This document shows positions 48,836 to 61,751 of a DNA stretch of 64,000 nt, piece after piece. Both the position numbers and the translations under genes were made by a program. The notes under the pieces were generated by a model that was given only the letters and a program-made list of their open reading frames with translations, ran no database searches and was not told the origin of the DNA. Every line of letters starts with the position of its first letter. The stretch's first letter is position 1. Origin of the DNA: Lama guanicoe (taxonomy: Eukaryota); NCBI GenBank assembly GCA_013239625.1, contig MU053365.1:434001-498000 (forward strand), read 5' to 3'.

Positions 48836-51031
48836 AGGCGAATAATTGAAGGCCAAGCCCGGGCCTGAGCTCATCCAATGGTGGCGCCCTTCGCTACGCA
48901 GCTTGAGCAACAGCGCATCTTCGTTTTATGTAAGTCGAAACAAAGACTCAGAAACACCCCCAGTGACCTCATCCAGTCACGTGGCAGGAAGTGAGAGCGC
49001 TGGGGTTTGAGCCGCCCAGAAGTGGAGGCCGGGCAGCTGAAGTCTTTCAGGAGCAACAGCAAATCCCTCCCCTGTCTCCTGGCTCCCCAAAATGAGTCAA
49101 GACCAAATATCACAAAGATAATGCTCTGTGGGGAAACAGAAAATGTCCCTGAACTAGAAGGTATTATCTGTCTCTGGACATGATTAATAATTGTTCAACT
49201 GAAACTGTCAACGGGGGTGACAGATACGGTACTAGAAAGAAAAGTTCGAGTTTCATGATCCAAGAATCCTACAGTGAAATTCTGTCTCTCTCCAAAACTA
49301 GCTTTGTAATCTTGAGCCCATCACTGAAAGGCTCGAAGACGAAATTTCCTTCTTCATAAAGTCAGTTTCAGCTTACAAAGGTGTTGTGAGGACAGAAGGT
49401 GAGGAGAGGAGTGAACCAGAGAAATGGCATAGTGCAAAGAACTCCAGGCAGGCCTGGTCCAGTGCTATTGCTGGCATCGGCCACCCGGCCAGCGGTGTTT
49501 GGCCTGTTTGTTAGAGGCCCTCTCTGAGCCCTTGAGACGATAATCCGGGGAGGGGTGATGATGATGACATCCCATTTCATAGATGCTGTAAGGATGAACT
49601 AGCTACTGCTTGTAAAATGTTTGCCACAGAGCCTGGCACATAGACGGTGTCTGGAAGCGGTGACCGCAATTACCCAAGCACAGAGCTCACGTGTAGTTAG
49701 TTTGCTTCCCTTCTGTCTGTAGAACAGGATATAGGAAAATGATTTTGGAGCAATACAGAAAGACCCTCTCAATTTCTAGACATTATGTCCTAGACAATTT
49801 CTAGATATTACCAGCCATCAGAACTTCTTTGGGTTTTTCTCTTGAAAATCTAGAAATATTCCACCTCGTTATAATATTCAGCTAGCTATCTGGGATTTTA
49901 AAAGTGGGCAACTTCTGCAGAAATGAGGTCACTCCTGAAATTAGGCAATGTAAGTGGCAGAACTGTAGGTTGGTTCCTCTGCAAATCATTACCTTCTAGA
50001 TCCTTCTACACCCTTTTCTCCCTCATTCCTCTCTTAGGCACCCTGGAACCCTCACCAAGGACCAAGTGGCATATAAGGGGTTGTCCGGGTACATAATGGG
50101 TGCAGAGATGGCACAGGGTAGCAAAGAAAAGCAGTTTTGTTCCTTTGATTTTTAGGAAGCATACTCCAGTCAGATCCTGCTCTGTTCCTCGGGCCCGATA
50201 TTGACAGCATATTTGGAGATGTCAATCAAATCGTTTTGAGACCTTTTCCTTTTTTGATCCTCATTAGTAATGTGGATAGGCGAACCACAAGGAAAGGCAT
50301 TTGTCAGATTTTTCAATTGATTTTACAGCTATAATTGTTCAAGCATCTGTGGTGTTCTACCAACACTGATCCCCACTCCTCAGTAAAATGGAAGGGCTTT
50401 TAGCAGCTCTGAGAAGGTGTCAAGAGCAGGCCATTTAAACAGAACGTTCCTGATAACGTAATTGTGGCAGAGTACCTGGCTGTTTGGGAAATGCTTGGTC
50501 AGGTGGAAAAGTAGAATGAATAGTTCAAAAGTGCACTGGGTATTCCTTCTCATCTACTCCAGTCTCAGCTGGGTGTTTTGTTTTGTTTCTTTTTAATTTC
50601 TAGGGACGATCCATGGGGCTTTGCACATGGTTGCTGTATTACCTTCACTCTGGTTGCTGAGCTCTGGCCCTGCAGCCATCTGGGGAATCTGGGGACAAGG
50701 CAGTGCGCTCTAGTGGGAATGGAAGCCTCGCTTCTGCGCCCAGCACTGCCACTCCCTAGCTGGGGGACTTTGGTGAATATCTCCCCCTCCCTAAGCCTGG
50801 CTTCTTCTCACCTGGCTACCTAATAGGACTGCTGTGATACTCACAAGAAGTTAATGCATTGTGTGAGAGTGCTATGAAAGGATCAATCACCAGGCTCATG
50901 AGAAGGAGCCCCAGTCATAGCATTTTACAATCTAGTAATGGAAAAAAGAGCGTGCGTGTATGTCCGTGCATCTCATTAGATCAGAGGCATCAGAGAGGCC
51001 TGATATGTTGAGATAGAGGATGTACAAGCAC

Positions 51032-51033
<2 letters not shown>

Positions 51034-51063
<30 letters not shown>
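51034..51063. repeat. (GT)15 microsatellite
   Basis: Uninterrupted GT run. Confidence 0.95.
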
Positions 51064-51066
<3 letters not shown>

Positions 51067-51779
51067 ATCCAAACACTGCAAAACATTACGTTCATTTATA
51101 CAACTGGAATCACATTAACTTTGTTCCCTCGCTTATTAACATCAGTGACTTCCCCCAGCATTATTTGCTTCACTTCCATTTACTGGTCAAAACGGTGAGA
51201 AGAACTTAGAAAGAAAGCCACTGGCTGATAACACAGGGGATAATTTAAAAAAGTTATTCCACTAGGAGGATATAAAATAAAACAACTTTCCAATTATCAA
51301 ACACGTTGGTAAGCATGAGAAGTGATGGACAAACCTCTGGTAAAAATGGACCCAAATATCAGTTCTTTTCATTTTGTTTTGGCAAAATGGAGATTCTGGA
51401 GAGGGATGGTGTTCCCATTAGACGCCACAGAAATCATCCTTCTGGGGATTCTGTGTGGTGGGAACATCCTTTACAGGCTTGGATCTTTCCACATCACCAA
51501 AGGAAGCATCATACGGGCCTGGTGACACCATCTGGCTGCAGGCCCTGAGCTGAGGCTGGACCAGTGTTTACCTACAGAGTCCACAGCAGCATGTCCTGTA
51601 TCTGAGAGGCCTGACTCAACGACAATATTCAGATCTAATCCTTTCCCTGATGGAAATCAAAATGACAGGGCCCATTTCTGCTGGCACTGTGGTCAGCCTG
51701 CTTTGGTCTGATGCCAGGGCAAGATCACACCTGAATTCCTATCAGTAGGGCCCTCTCCGAAGTGTCCACGTGATGGCTT

Positions 51780-51970
51780 TAGTGTGGGTTAAGAGCATGC
51801 GTGCTAGAGTCTGTCCTGTTGTGGTTTTGTTACTGCAGCCCTTTAGGGGACATTCAAAGTCTCTGAGTTTGGGTTCCTTCTGCTGTCGAATACAATGCGG
51901 GTGACTCCCGTGGGCTTGTAAAGAGAGGAAGCGCCTGGCACGACGTAGGCCCTCAGCAAATCTGAGTTAG
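51780..51970 (+). mobile_element. MIR SINE
   Basis: tagtgtgggttaagagcatg...tctctgag...gcgcctggcacgacgtagg. Confidence 0.6.
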
Positions 51971-52029
51971 TGGAGGTCCGGGTGTTACCAGTGCGAGCGC
52001 AATCTTCAGTCATCTGCGAGCGCCTTGCG

Positions 52030-52150
52030 GGGAAGACGTGCAGGGCTCCACCCTGAGTTTCCACAGCGCCTCGCCCAGAGCCCTGCGCACCGTACGGGCT
52101 CAATGCGTCTTTGTTGAAAGGAATGAAAACTTGAATGAATGAATATAAAT
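52030..52150 (+). mobile_element. L2 3' tail
   Basis: cagcgcctcgcccagagcc...gctcaat...ttgttgaaaggaatgaa..tgaatgaatgaat. Confidence 0.65.
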
Positions 52151-52541
52151 GAGGATACAAATCAGGTAGGAAAGAGGAGCTACTTGACTTCTCCCCGAGA
52201 GAACGAGATATTTGTTTCTAATTACAGAGGGGTCTCAAAATCCACCTGAAAGACAGGCATCTTGGGCACATGAACAAAGACACAGAAATCAAACTGGATC
52301 TTTCAAAGACTGATGCTCTCCAAGCAAAGCCATCTACGGTTTCAGCTTCTATAACGGAAGCGGAGCGCCACAGCTCCCATAGAAGGAGCCCCAGTTGTCA
52401 GTCCGGGCGCCCGGCAAGCACCGGCAGCTTCAGGGCTTCTTGACTCGAACATTCCAAATGCCAATATTGCTTGTTGTCACATTAGCCAATATACAGTCCT
52501 CAAAATAAAACCCTCTTGATGTCTGATTACTCTTCTTAAGG

Positions 52542-52697
52542 NNNNNNNNNNNNNNNNNNNNNNNNNNNNNNNNNNNNNNNNNNNNNNNNNNNNNNNNNNN
52601 NNNNNNNNNNNNNNNNNNNNNNNNNNNNNNNNNNNNNNNNNNNNNNNNNNNNNNNNNNNNNNNNNNNNNNNNNNNNNNNNNNNNNNNNNNNNNNNNN
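52542..52697. other. Assembly gap (156 N)
   Basis: Run of N. Confidence 0.99.
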
Positions 52698-53579
52698 AAG
52701 ATGCACGGCATACAAGACAGGTTAAAAGCAAGAATTGGCACACGTCTCGGTTTGAAAGCCGGAATGGCTGCGACCAGGGACAGTCACCAAGATTACCGGC
52801 TTATTGGGAGAGTTTAGTTTGGCTTTTGTAAGCCTCAACCTGATGAGTAGTATTTCTAAATTCCAAGTACCAAATCATGTACTCTGATTAAGAATTAATC
52901 TGATTAAGAAAAGAACAGTCATTTTCCCCCTGCCTCGGTACACTGTTCCTTTGCTACCGAAATTGTATCTAAGTAGCAGATCAAATACCTTCTTAGGAAA
53001 GAATGCATGAAATTGCTAGAGATGCAGTTCTCAAACCTCAGATCAGATTCTCAAAGAAAAGGTTTCCAGTGATGAAAGTCTGGTAGAAAGATGGTCAGGG
53101 TTGTAATGAATTTGGGGGGGTGGGGCTTTGGTAAATTTTTTTCAAAATTCATCTAAGAAATAATGTAATGCTTGTTACTGGTCATAGCCAATGGGAAAAC
53201 ATTCTAATCATCTTTCTACTCCCTGTGGTAATGATATTTTCATACCACACAGAGAAAAGTTTAGAAATAATGATATTTTGGTTAAATAAAGCAAATTTGA
53301 CCTGGCTTGGAGTTATCTCAGAGAGGCATAATCTCTTGCAGGAGTACTTTTTTACCAGCTTCAGCTCTTCAAGTCTATTTTGAAGGTTGCATCAGGTACA
53401 AAAGGCCATGTTTGGTGTACCACATCCCTGACCCCATCAGATGCCATGAGGAGGGACAGCCCAGTGGGAAAAGAGAGGGCTTGGAGCCCACACAGCCGTC
53501 AGCCTGTACTCAAGCTTTCCCAGTAAGAGCAGCAGAACTCACTGGGCCCTTCTGTGCACCCATAGCCAACATGTCCAGT

Positions 53580-53800
53580 CGTGGTAAATGAGCATGGTTG
53601 GTGTCTGTGCCCACTGGACTGTGTACCCTTCATTGGGAGGGACTGTACTCTAGCTTCGTTCTTCTCACCTGTAAAATGGGAATAGTTCGGAGCCCCTCCA
53701 GGATGGCTGCTAAGTATAATAGGATGATGTATATGAAAGCACCTGCCATGGGACCTGGGACGTAGCCTGGCACATATCCCAACAGCACAATGATTATTGT
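53580..53800 (+). mobile_element. MIR SINE
   Basis: ttcttctcacctgtaaaatgggaatag...atgtatatgaaagcacctg. Confidence 0.65.
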
Positions 53801-54964
53801 CGGAGATGCCCGCCATTCCTGTGAGTATAATCTCCTTTCCTCCTGACAAGTGCTACATCCAAGCATCTGTCCATGTGGCGTGCAGACCTGTCACCCACAG
53901 GCAAACTGGCCACAACTAGTCTGGCTTTGTACGGCCTTTCAACAACTCTCTGGGTCCATGGCTCCAGTTCTCCAAAGCTCAGGTCTGCTGCTGGGTCAGA
54001 CCTAGAGAGAGCAGCAACTGTCAGGAGCACGGAGACTGGCGGGTCCCCAGCATGAGCCCACGGACCCTTGCGCCAGTGTTTTCAGACCTGGTGCCCATGC
54101 ATGCAGTCCTTATAAACAATCCAGGCCCAAGTGGAAGCTCTGCATTTCATCATCTGGGGAAAAGAGGTTAAGATGAGGAAAACTAGTAAAGTAGCCCAGT
54201 GATCAGGGGATTCTGCTTTACGAGCCCCGTCTCTCCCTACTGCGGGAAGTGTCAGGGGCGTGCCTAGGAAATTCACAACACTGCAGTTCGCAGGGCACCT
54301 CTCCTGCCCCCGGGCTGCCCTGTGGCTGTTCCCCACCCAGCTCCAGCCACCAACAGCCTGTCTCCACTCAGGATCTTCCTAGTTGCCTGGAGGACTGCCC
54401 TGCCAGAGGGGAAGTCCTAGAAGCTGACTTCAAAAGCACACTGTAGTAAAATATGGGAGGATGATACTAACGGCCAAGCTGATAATAATGTGGAAGGTGA
54501 AAATAAAAATTATTCTTAGAATTCTGATGTGTCCTGTGTTAAACCTGTACACTGCCACAAGAAGGGAATGAAGTCTTCCCGCTGAAGCCTGCTGGATGGC
54601 GCTCGGACTTCAGATCAAGTGGCTAATAGAGAGCAGCTCACTCATAAAATAGACTCAGGGTTTTCCAGTTTCATCAGTGCTTCCTATAGAGAACTCCAAT
54701 ACTAGAGCGCACTAAACAGCCCGTGCTACGAAGCGCTGGTCTCTAGAAATGCAGCCTCTAACTATAAACCACAATTGACAAGATTATTTCTTGTTAGTTA
54801 CAAACTACTGAAATACTGTATTTTTTGGTCTATATGGAAATCAGCATATTTCACAGCAGGAGCCTAATAGTCTTGCTTTAAGAGTAGGATCATTTTACCA
54901 TGGAAAAGACATTTTTATTTGTTTTCATGTTTGGAAATCTGCATTGATTTCCTGAATGTTCAAC

Positions 54965-55010
54965 TGTGTGTGTGTGTGTGTGTACACGTGCACAAGTGTG
55001 CATGCATGTG
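54965..55010. repeat. (TG)n / alternating purine-pyrimidine tract
   Basis: tgtgtgtgtgtgtgtgtgtacacgtgcacaagtgtgcatgcatgtg. Confidence 0.8.
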
Positions 55011-56235
55011 AATCGTACTGACTTTGTAGTAAGAGTGTTTACTAGGATAACAAGGGGGAGGGCCATTCAAAATGATTAATGGAAAAGCTGGAATGAACAA
55101 TATCAGAGATGATTTTGATTGCCAGGTTTCCATATAATTTGCTCCTTAAGTCAAGGTTATAGTTTTATATTCCCCTTCTCTCTCTTTCTTTCTCAATTAT
55201 TTAAGTGGAGAATTCTTGGCTGTTGAAATTGAATCTCGATTTAGAAGGTACAGATCAGGCCAGAAAACCAAAGAAGAGGACTGGTGATGGGGTCAGGGCT
55301 CTGGGGGCTTTGCCACTGAACAGAATTAAGAACGTGGAAATACCATTGACTTTCTCAGAGCTTTGGTCTATTTCGGAGTCATTCCCAGTTGTTTTATGCA
55401 ATTATTCCTGATCTTCCAAAAGGTGAGCAATTCACTTCAAGTGTGTCATTAGGCCACTTGAATGTCATAAGTTATTTCATTTTGAAAATTTTCAAGTATG
55501 TGGCTATTACTCACACAGAAAAGTCGACTTCCATCTTCTATTATTAGGAATGAAAGAAGTTGTGAGAGAATGACTCCCTTGATACGCTCTTGGACAAATG
55601 GATATTACAAAATCTTCAAGAGTTAATCTGAGGAAATTGGTTTCTCCATACTCCTCCTTCGGTTAACATTAATAAAAGATGAAGACAGGGCTGAGCGAAT
55701 GGCAGGGCCCTGGCTTCTGACCCCAGCCTAGTGCCACGTAAGCTCTTATGCCCTCTCTTTCTGAGTGCCCTTGTTTATCTTTCACATGCAGCCACCGGAC
55801 GACCTGCAAACAGCAAGGTCTCGGGCTGACTGGCCGGAGCAATCCACTCAACACCCCCTGTCCAATCATGGCTGCGTGGGCGTGCCCCTTCTCCATCCCA
55901 GTCAGTGGTGGCTGCCGAGTACACACAACGATGTCTGTGGCTGAAATGACACGGTGCTCCAACAATGGGTCAAAAATCACAGTTGTTTTCACGTCCTAGG
56001 TATTGACCGTGCCTGTGTCTACATTGTTAGAGAACTGAATGGTGATCGCATTCATTTTGACAGTGACTTGCTTATCATGGGAAATCTCTTTCTCCTTCTG
56101 ATCAAACTCCACATTATCATGAGGCAAGGTTCATATTTTCAATGAACGGGAGAACAAGATGCGCTCAGCACTCAAGTCCCTTTTCCTTGCCAAATGTCCC
56201 CCAAAGAGGCCTGTTTCAGAAACCCGAGTACTCAC

Positions 56236-56287
56236 GGCTTGAATGATACTGACTTTGCAGAAGCTCTGCTGGTCGGGTCGCTCCACT
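56236..56287 (-). CDS. AFF2: AFF2 coding exon (approx. exon 7), 52 nt, (K)WSDPTSRASAKSVSFK(P); internal alternative donor after 56254
   Basis: Minus strand: cctttcttttcag|AGTGGAGCGAC...TTCAAGCC|gtgagt; phase 1/2; peptide visible at the end of track ORF 56232..56447. Confidence 0.96.
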
Positions 56288-56566
56288 CTGAAAAGAAAGG
56301 GCAGAGACGGTTACTGTCCATGTTTTCTGCCGCCAAATGACAATTGTGAATGAAGTTGGTCTTGAACATGCAGCCCTCCCAGTTATACTTTTTCATGAAT
56401 AAAATTAAAAAGGATGGGGAAAGAAAGGAACCAGCTGGATGTCTCACAACGTGGCTTTTTGTTAATTATTGTTATTTCATGTTTTTATGCTACTAGGTAG
56501 GAAAGAGAAAAAAGTGAGGGAGAAAAGATGATGGTTTGGACCAAGAAGGATTTTTAAAACACCTAC

Positions 56567-56603
56567 TTTGTAAGGCGAATCCTGGGGTCAGATGCTGGGA
56601 TTC
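56567..56603 (-). CDS. AFF2: AFF2 coding exon (approx. exon 6), 37 nt, ESQHLTPGFALQ(K)
   Basis: Minus strand: cttcttccttctag|GAATCCCAG...TTACAAA|gtaggt; phase 0/1. Confidence 0.96.
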
Positions 56604-58924
56604 CTAGAAGGAAGAAGACATACAATATGAACACTAGTGAAACGATACAAGGGGAACAAAAGGTCTATTTGTTATTGCTGAAGGTATAATTTGACTAATC
56701 TTGACAAATAGGAAACCACTGTTGGCAGCTTCATTAATGAGGCTACTGTCTGTAGCTCTATTTCATGGATAAACATTTGCTAGCCAAATCCACTGCATCA
56801 GGACCATTACTGTTGTTTTATCAGAATTGCAAGCAAGACTGGTATCTATTTGGAAATGTATGCAACATGGGAACAAATGACCCCTATGTGTGAGATTTGA
56901 GTGGGTAATTTCTCACTTAACTAGGCGATGATGCCTCTATGGAAGTAAAGGGGACTTGGTTCAACCAAACAATTGCCTGTCATTTTTGTAGAAGCGGAAA
57001 TAAGACTGCAATGGATAGATTTGCTCAATTATTCCACTTTATAGCAACTCCAATTTTCTACCTTAACTGTGACACGTATGCAATAGATGTATCTAGTTTT
57101 CACCAGAGAAGTGTTCTTAAAATTTCACCACCAATTTGATAGAGAGGAGAAAGCAATTTGAACTATGCTAGTGGAGCACATTATTTAAAGGGATTTACAT
57201 TTCATTTGAAAGTCACCCTAAACAGCATTCATTCAGTGTTTGGAGAAATCTGGATTTGCACATATTGGGCTCTCTGGGAGCGTGGCACACCTGTGTGTAT
57301 CCTGATCACACTTGCAGGCAGAAGCAGGGCTGTGATGTACAGGGCACCCACACCTCTGCGCAGATGGGAGAGAGCATTTCGACTGCAAAGCAAGTGGCCC
57401 CAAACTGAAGACAATGAATTCAAGTTAATGAAAGAATGAGTTCTATCGATCACTGCTGCACGTTATCTACTCTTTAAGCCTAATCTTGCCACCGTACCCT
57501 ATGGAATAAAAATAAGATCACAGCATAATTTCTCTTTAAGAGAAGTAAGCAAGAACGGTGATGCAGTGTCTTAATCTAAAGTGAACTCTACAATCTCTTT
57601 AGCATGATTCTGTTGGCCAACTGACTTCTCCTGGCATGATCACCACTCCAGAAGGTGACCATGAACTCCACAAGAGATGGAAAAGGCCTCTCAACTAAAG
57701 AGCTAGCACTGAGCACATGTAGTTTGCAGTTCAAAGGCTTCTTACTCTCAGTGATGGAGAACCGACTTTTGACAAAAGACCCTGACAATCTTGGCCATTT
57801 GATTCCCACCCCTTAGCAAGTCAGAGATGGCGAGGAAGGGGAAACACTTCTGGAGAGACAGCCACTAGGAATATTGGGATGGGAAAACCACCAGCACGGG
57901 GGCCAAAGAAAATGACACAGCAAAGTCAGAACTTAAAAAGCACAAAAGCCTATGACCGCTTAAATATAGAAGGAAGCATTCCTGCCCATCTTAATAGCTC
58001 CCGAGGAGACAGTTACAGCTTAGTACAAGAACGGATGCTCATAATAATGCCAAAGTTATCCAGAAAGACTAACGTGTCTTCAAAATAATTTTTAGAAGTC
58101 ACGAAAATCTTAATTAAATTTCAAAATTATTTCTATTATATGATTTCTATGGAAGGTTAACCTTTGGTTATCCAAGAATTCTGCGTATCCAGAACACCTC
58201 ATTTCTCAGAGTGCCAAATAAAGTGACTAGTTAACCAATTGTATGTCCTTAACTATATACCAATATCTCTACCTGCTTTTTTTTTTTAACAAGAGATTTC
58301 ATTACAATTGGATAGGGCAAGTTTGGGCTTGTATACCTTTAGAAATCAAACAACAAGTCTCAAAGTCAAATAAATATCTGATTAGAGAGTGAAACATGCA
58401 GCTACTGGTCCCAGAAATCTGGACTGAATTTTTACCCTTCATCCAAGTATTTTGGACATTAGACCCAAACAATCAGTTGTTTGAGGCATCAGGGCAGCGA
58501 TGCATGAAACACACTGGAGGGTTATATTATTTAGTGAATTTGAGTCATTTACGTCCTGTATTCTTGATACAGTGTTTAATGTGTAGCTGGGCGAGCCTTT
58601 TTAAAACCAGAATTCCAAGCAAATGAAACACCTTTGGATAGCACCCAAGTCACGGTGCATCGATACCCACCCCGGCTGCAAATGGCTTGGTGGGGGAAAG
58701 CATGTGTACTGCTCACGCAGTAACTGTTGATGCACGTAATACAACTGTTTCCATGTCTGACTTTGATCTGTGCATTTCTTACATAGACATGTCACATGGG
58801 TAATTTTACAAGTAGAACGTAACGGTGCCAAGTTGTTTTTACAAACTTATGTGAGGCTATTTTAAATAACAGCCTTGATGGTAATCCTATAATCAGAGGC
58901 TCCTGGAGGAACTAGATGCCAGAA

Positions 58925-59248
58925 CAGGGGTCAGCAAACCTTTCCTGTAAAGGGCCAGAGAAGAAATAGTTTAGGCTTTGTGGGGCAAACAGTCTGTGTC
59001 CCAGCTCTCCAGCTCTGTCACTGCAGTGTGACAGCAGACGTAGACAGTGCATAAACGCATGCCTGTGGCTGGACTCTAAGACAGCTTGATTCATAGGCAT
59101 TGAAATTTGAATTATACATCACTCGTATTATTTCATACCACTCATCTTACTCATCACATTCATCATAATCTTCATATTCTTTTTGTTTTGAAAATCTTAA
59201 CCATTTAAAAATCTAAAACACCCAGGGGCTGTAGTGTGCCAAACTCTG
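58925..59248 (-). mobile_element. MER58B-like hAT-Charlie DNA transposon
   Basis: caggggtcagcaaacctttcctgtaaagggccaga...tttaggctttg...tgaaatttgaatt...aaccatttaaaaat...gtagtgtgccaaactctg. Confidence 0.82.
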
Positions 59249-59504
59249 TCTAAAGGACTTCGACCTCCATGAGCCTTTACTGAACCTCCTTGGAGGAGCT
59301 GACCAGCTCCCTCAATTCTGCTTAGCAATGGACTCCCTTCCTTGTGAGTTTTCCCATTCTCTGCCAGAAAATGCAGCATTTTAACTTTGAGATGGATAAG
59401 GGAACTTAAGTGAGTTGAGAATTTTCAAATCTCTCTATTTTTATAAGTTCATAGAATTACAGACTATTTGATCTGAAAAATCCAGTGGGATTGTATAGTA
59501 CGCG

Positions 59505-59535
<31 letters not shown>

Positions 59536-59640
59536 GATGGGGAAACTGAGGCTCAGAGGAACTTGAACAGAACCATACTGCCAGCAAACAGCAGAGTCAC
59601 GATTAAAAGCAGTCAGGTCCGCCGCATCTAAGAGCCCTTC
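59505..59640 (-). mobile_element. (CA)n microsatellite (59505-59529) followed by MIR fragment
   Basis: CA run then tacagatggggaaactgaggctcagag. Confidence 0.7.
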
Positions 59641-59829
59641 CACTGGGCAACCTCTGCCGTGAAGGTCAGAAACGGATGCTTTCTGAGAGGGCGGTGCCCC
59701 ATAGTTGCGGTGCAAGCACGGAGGAAGGGGCACGCCCCCCAGTGATGTGGTTGCTGCAGGTACCCATGTTTTGGGGGGTGGACTTCGAGCTGAAGCATCT
59801 GTCAATCTGTGTGATAAACACTTCACTAG

Positions 59830-60050
59830 AACACTGGGATCTAAAAAACCGGTTCACTCCTTTATTAGCTGAGTGATTCCAAGCATAATACTTTACTCTG
59901 TGTCTCGGTTTCCTCCTCCGTCAGTCAGGGATAGTAAATTACGAGTGTCTCTGAGTTACAGTGAGGACCGAATTATTTACTCTGCATTAAGTGCTTAGAA
60001 CAGGCAAAGGCACATCCCAGTGTTATATGTGTTGTTAATGTTATTACTGT
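59830..60050 (+). mobile_element. MIR SINE
   Basis: ctctgtgtctcggtttcctcctc...gtgagga...aagtgcttagaacag...ttattact. Confidence 0.7.
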
Positions 60051-60589
60051 TATTTAAAATGTACTTCTCTTTCAAACCCACATTTTGGCAGGAATCAGGT
60101 GAAGCAAGAGGGTGGGTGGGTAGCCATCCTGGTTTCACCATTTTCTCCCATTTGCTTCTACCTTTATCAGGAGGTTGATGGTAGCACAGATACTTGGCAG
60201 AAAATGCAAATCAGGCCCGATTCCAAATCGTGCACTTACTACAAAAGCCCATTTGAACAACCAGTTCTACTGCATACACTTGCAAACGTCAAAATTGCGA
60301 CTTGCACAAGTTACCTCCAAAACTGGAGAACACGGCTGAAAACACTGCAATCGCTGTACAAGTGTTGGCTTCAATGCCTGAAACAGATGAATTGATCCTT
60401 TGGCTGGGATGCTGGGGAGGATGCCCACCCCAGGGCGGCCGGGGGAGGGAGATGGGGGCTCCGGGAAGGGACGACAGGGACAGAGGCTGCTGCTGCTCAC
60501 TTAGTTCTGAGCGCTTTCGAAGGCGGAAGGGAATCATTAAACGCAATTTACGCCAATGTTACTCGCAAAACAATAACCCTCAAAACTAA

Positions 60590-61065
60590 AGGATGTGATT
60601 GGGTTTCTCCTACAAATAAAGTCCAAACTCCTTGACCAGCATTCAAGGCCTTTCTGGGAAATGCACTTCTCTGCCGGGGGTTCGCCTCTCTCTATTTCCC
60701 ATCACATAAACTGAGATCCAGCCACTCAGGATGGCAACAGTCCGGATCCCAGCACGACCCCTCATCACCTTGTGCCTTTGTCATCCTGTTCTGCATGGAG
60801 TATCCTTGGGCCCTTCTTCACCTGGCAGAGTTGTAAGCAGCCTCCAAATGCGGCTACCTCTGAGCACTTCCCCAACGCCCCAGGGAGGGTTAGGTCCTTC
60901 TCTGAGCCTTTTATTCTCTGAGAAGACACTTGCTACATTGTTTTGTCGTTTTGTGTTTTTCTTCATCACTAACTTTGAGTCTATCATATGTCCTCAGTAA
61001 GTGGTTTCTGAATAAATGGATGGATGGGTGGATAAATGGGTGGCTGGTTAACTGGATGGAAGGAA
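60590..61065 (+). mobile_element. L2 3' region with (TGGA)n tail
   Basis: aataaagtccaaactccttgaccagcattcaaggcc...gtgcctttg...ctcagtaagtggtttctgaataaatggatggatgg. Confidence 0.7.
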
Positions 61066-61664
61066 GAGAGAAAGGAAGATATTATTTTTTTCTTGTAAAG
61101 TATGTCATCAGAATAGCCATGTCTACTCAGGCATTTGAAAAACTGATGGTGAGAAAAAATTCTTACTGGGAGCAAGTGAGGAAAAAAATTACATTAAACA
61201 TTTGACAATAGGACTGTAGGAGAAAAAGTTCTGTCAGTATGATGTGTCGGTGTGTGGAGATCCACCTGCTTGTGGGTGAAGACTGCAAGTGATACACAAA
61301 AGTGAAAATCGATCCACTAGACTGAAGAGTATAGGATTTTTTTTAAATGGAAAACAATCTTGAATGTTGTTACATCATGTATTTGGTCTTTCTTAAGGGA
61401 GGAGTGCACCCTTCTCTCTGGTTCATCAGCTCGGGCAGGGTAACTCGGCGGGGGCAGTGCTCTGGGTAGTCTGATTTGCATGGCAGTGTCTGCTGCTCAT
61501 TCTCTTAGACTCTCTTTCAAGAAAAATGCTATTTATATCAACATCCTGAGGGACACGAGAGAGTCTAACCAAGGCCATTTCTAGTTGTAAGAATCCAACT
61601 GGAAGATTGGTATCATGGAAATAAGACCAAGGAAAATGGCGGAAGGAAGATGGAGATAACTGAC

Positions 61665-61751
61665 CTGTCCCGGGATGGGAAATGTGCTCTGCTCAGAGTT
61701 TCCGGGAGTGTGCATGGCAGTGAGAGGAGTAGGCCAGGGATGGGTCATCTC
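61665..61751 (-). CDS. AFF2: AFF2 coding exon (approx. exon 5), 87 nt, [29 protein letters not shown]
   Basis: Minus strand: ctttgtttttcctcatcag|GAGATGACC...CCGGGACAG|gtcagt; phase 0/0; AFF-family EMTHxWPxPLT motif. Confidence 0.96.

Noticed and set aside
24160-59248. Two inverted MER58 copies flanking exons 6-7 as a back-splicing (circRNA) driver
   Set aside because: The copies are old, visibly diverged and 34 kb apart, so stable pairing is unlikely.
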